Source: an uncultured Candidatus Binatia bacterium
GTDB taxonomy: Bacteria > Desulfobacterota > Binatia > UBA9968 > JAJDTQ01
DNA: 64,000 bases
Reading direction: 5' to 3'
NCBI GenBank assembly: GCA_964291295.2
Contig: OZ219754.1
Span: 352,001-416,000, forward strand
Below are positions 62,363 to 64,000 of the stretch, one piece after another (within the stretch, counting starts at the first letter, position 1; every line of letters starts with the position of its first letter). Made by a program: the position numbers and the translations under genes. Under the pieces are notes generated by a model that did no database searches, was not told where the DNA came from, and worked only from the letters and a program-made list of their open reading frames with translations.

Positions 62363-64000
62363 TCAGATGAACTCCGGATGGATCTCTATCCGCGCGTTGG
62401 CCTTCAGGTTCTCCACCAGCCGTCTCAACGCCCGTTGCCGTTTCTCATCGCGCAGTTGCTGCGTCAGGTCCTCCTTCTCCTTGTCCAGATTGTCCAGATC
62501 CGCCTCGACGGTCTTCCTCAGCGCCATGACGTAGACCGCGTCGTTCTGGAGGTAGGCGGTCTCCACCACCGGCTTCCGCTCGGACACCGTGAGCCGTCCC
62601 AGGGGCAGCGGAAGGATGCCTATCTCGGGAATCTCCGTCCGAGCGCGCGGGAACAGGCCGGTGTCCTCCACCTGGAGCCCGTGGGCCGCCGCCACCTTTG
62701 CCAGATCCCGCTCCGCCTTGAGTTCCGCCAGCAGCGCGTCTCCCTTCTCCTGCGCCCGCTCCCGCGCCTTCCTCCGGACCAGAGTCTCCCGAATCCTCTC
62801 CTTCACCTCTTCCAACGGCGGAACCACGGGTTCGATGCGCTGGACCACGTCCATCAGATAGAGCGCGTCGGGCGCCAGGATGACGGGACCCGCCGCACCG
62901 GGCTTGAGCGACAGGGCCGCGCGGTAAAAATCCTCCACGCCGCCAATCTCGTCCAGCGTCTCGCCCTCGCTGAAAAGGGCCGTCTCCGACAACGCGATCC
63001 CCCGCTTCAAAGCCACGTCCGCCAACGGCACACCGTCCAGGATCCTTTCGCGGTCTTCTTCCGCCGCCCGTGCCGCCGCAGAGGCGCCGCGCTCACTCCT
63101 GAGGGTCTCGACGATCTGTTCCCTCACTTCCTCAAGCGCCATCACCTCGTCCGCCCGCTTCTCCACCGCTTTCAAAAGGTACACACCGGACGCGCTTTCG
63201 ACCACCTCGCTCACCTCGCCCTCCTCCAGCGCGAAGAGAGCCGTGTCCAGCTCCGACATCAGTTGGCCCCGGCCCACGAAGCCCATGTCGCCGCCCTGGG
63301 CGGCGCTGGCGTCCCCGGAGTGCTGCCTGGCCAGTTCGGCGAAGTCCGCCCCCGCACGGACGTCCCGAAGGATCGCTTCCAGCTGCCCGCGCGCCGCCTC
63401 CTTGTCCTCCGACGTGGTTCCTTCCGGCACCGGGATATGGATCTGGCTGAACTTCACCGCCTCCTGCCGGCGGAACCGGCGGTCACTGTAGACGTCGTAG
63501 TAGGACCGGACATCCTCGTCCGAAACCTCGACGCCGGAGGAGAAGTCCTCCACGCGATACGCCATGTACCGTGCCTTGGCCTTGAGGGGTTCCCGCAGGA
63601 GCGCGCCGTTGCCGTCGTAATAGGTCTTGATCTCTTCGTCGGAAACCTCGACGCCCTCGACGAAATCATCGGTCTTGAGCCTGACGAAATCCAGCGCGAT
63701 CTCCTCCTTGTCCACACGGTAGCGTTCTTCGACCTCGGCAGCCGTAACCGGAATGGAGTGTTGGACAATATCCTGGAGCTTCTGGATGGTCAGGGACTCG
63801 CGCTGCCGGGCCTCGAACTCTTCGGGCGTCAATCCCTGTACCCGGAGTGTGTACTCGTAGACGTTCTTGTCGAATCGGCCTCCGGACTGGAACGCCGGGT
63901 TGCGCGCAATCCCCTCCGCCAGCTCCTCGTCGGTCACCTGCAGGCCCAGTTCGTGGGCCGCCTGCAGCAACAGCCGCTGCTGGATCAGATCCTCCAGCAG
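62363..64000 (-). CDS. PpiD/SurA-like periplasmic chaperone and parvulin PPIase, 5'-partial
   Basis: SurA-N-like region, FAELARQHSGD..AAQGGDMG rotamase motif; runs off the window end. Confidence 0.88.
   Translation of the reverse strand: MLEDLIQQRLLLQAAHELGLQVTDEELAEGIARNPAFQSGGRFDKNVYEYTLRVQGLTPEEFEARQRESLTIQKLQDIVQHSIPVTAAEVEERYRVDKEEIALDFVRLKTDDFVEGVEVSDEEIKTYYDGNGALLREPLKAKARYMAYRVEDFSSGVEVSDEDVRSYYDVYSDRRFRRQEAVKFSQIHIPVPEGTTSEDKEAARGQLEAILRDVRAGADFAELARQHSGDASAAQGGDMGFVGRGQLMSELDTALFALEEGEVSEVVESASGVYLLKAVEKRADEVMALEEVREQIVETLRSERGASAAARAAEEDRERILDGVPLADVALKRGIALSETALFSEGETLDEIGGVEDFYRAALSLKPGAAGPVILAPDALYLMDVVQRIEPVVPPLEEVKERIRETLVRRKARERAQEKGDALLAELKAERDLAKVAAAHGLQVEDTGLFPRARTEIPEIGILPLPLGRLTVSERKPVVETAYLQNDAVYVMALRKTVEADLDNLDKEKEDLTQQLRDEKRQRALRRLVENLKANARIEIHPEFI

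Overview
High-GC bacterial chromosome segment; the gene content resembles Deltaproteobacteria/Binatia-like host-associated genomes (inference only). Core genes: glmU-glmS, rlmE, a DUF1302-DUF1329-YCF48-RND(MMPL) envelope operon, GST, tRNA-Leu(CAA), a Trm112-like gene, a UbiD decarboxylase, a coenzyme F420 cluster (cofG-cofH-cofD-cofC-cofE-npdG plus an amidohydrolase), a CNNM/CorC transporter, hisC, clpB, bioF-bioA-bioD, larC, tRNA-Ala(CGC), a Ysc84/SYLF protein, hydrolases, gloA, a histidine phosphatase and a partial PpiD-like gene. Accessory blocks: (1) a degenerate DUF4338-ISAs1 element; (2) a ~3.3 kb block bounded by a 45 bp direct repeat, with an IS1634 remnant and a three-gene hypothetical/Xre-MbcA/RES toxin-antitoxin operon beside a Fic gene; (3) a ~12 kb type 3 BREX locus that lacks the BrxHII helicase, carries a Schlafen/AlbA_2-HATPase gene, has a BrxF without the Walker A lysine, and is bounded by a ~216 bp duplicated piece of ubiD; (4) a divergent Hsp70-TPR gene plus a compact UvrD-like helicase gene beside tRNA-Ala, the best candidate for an undescribed defence/conflict system. 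Two candidate cis-regulatory RNAs were also seen: a Pro-rich uORF with alternative hairpins before the CNNM gene, and a ~130 nt multi-stem element before a TbpB-like lipoprotein. All family calls are from motif recognition by eye; no searches were run.
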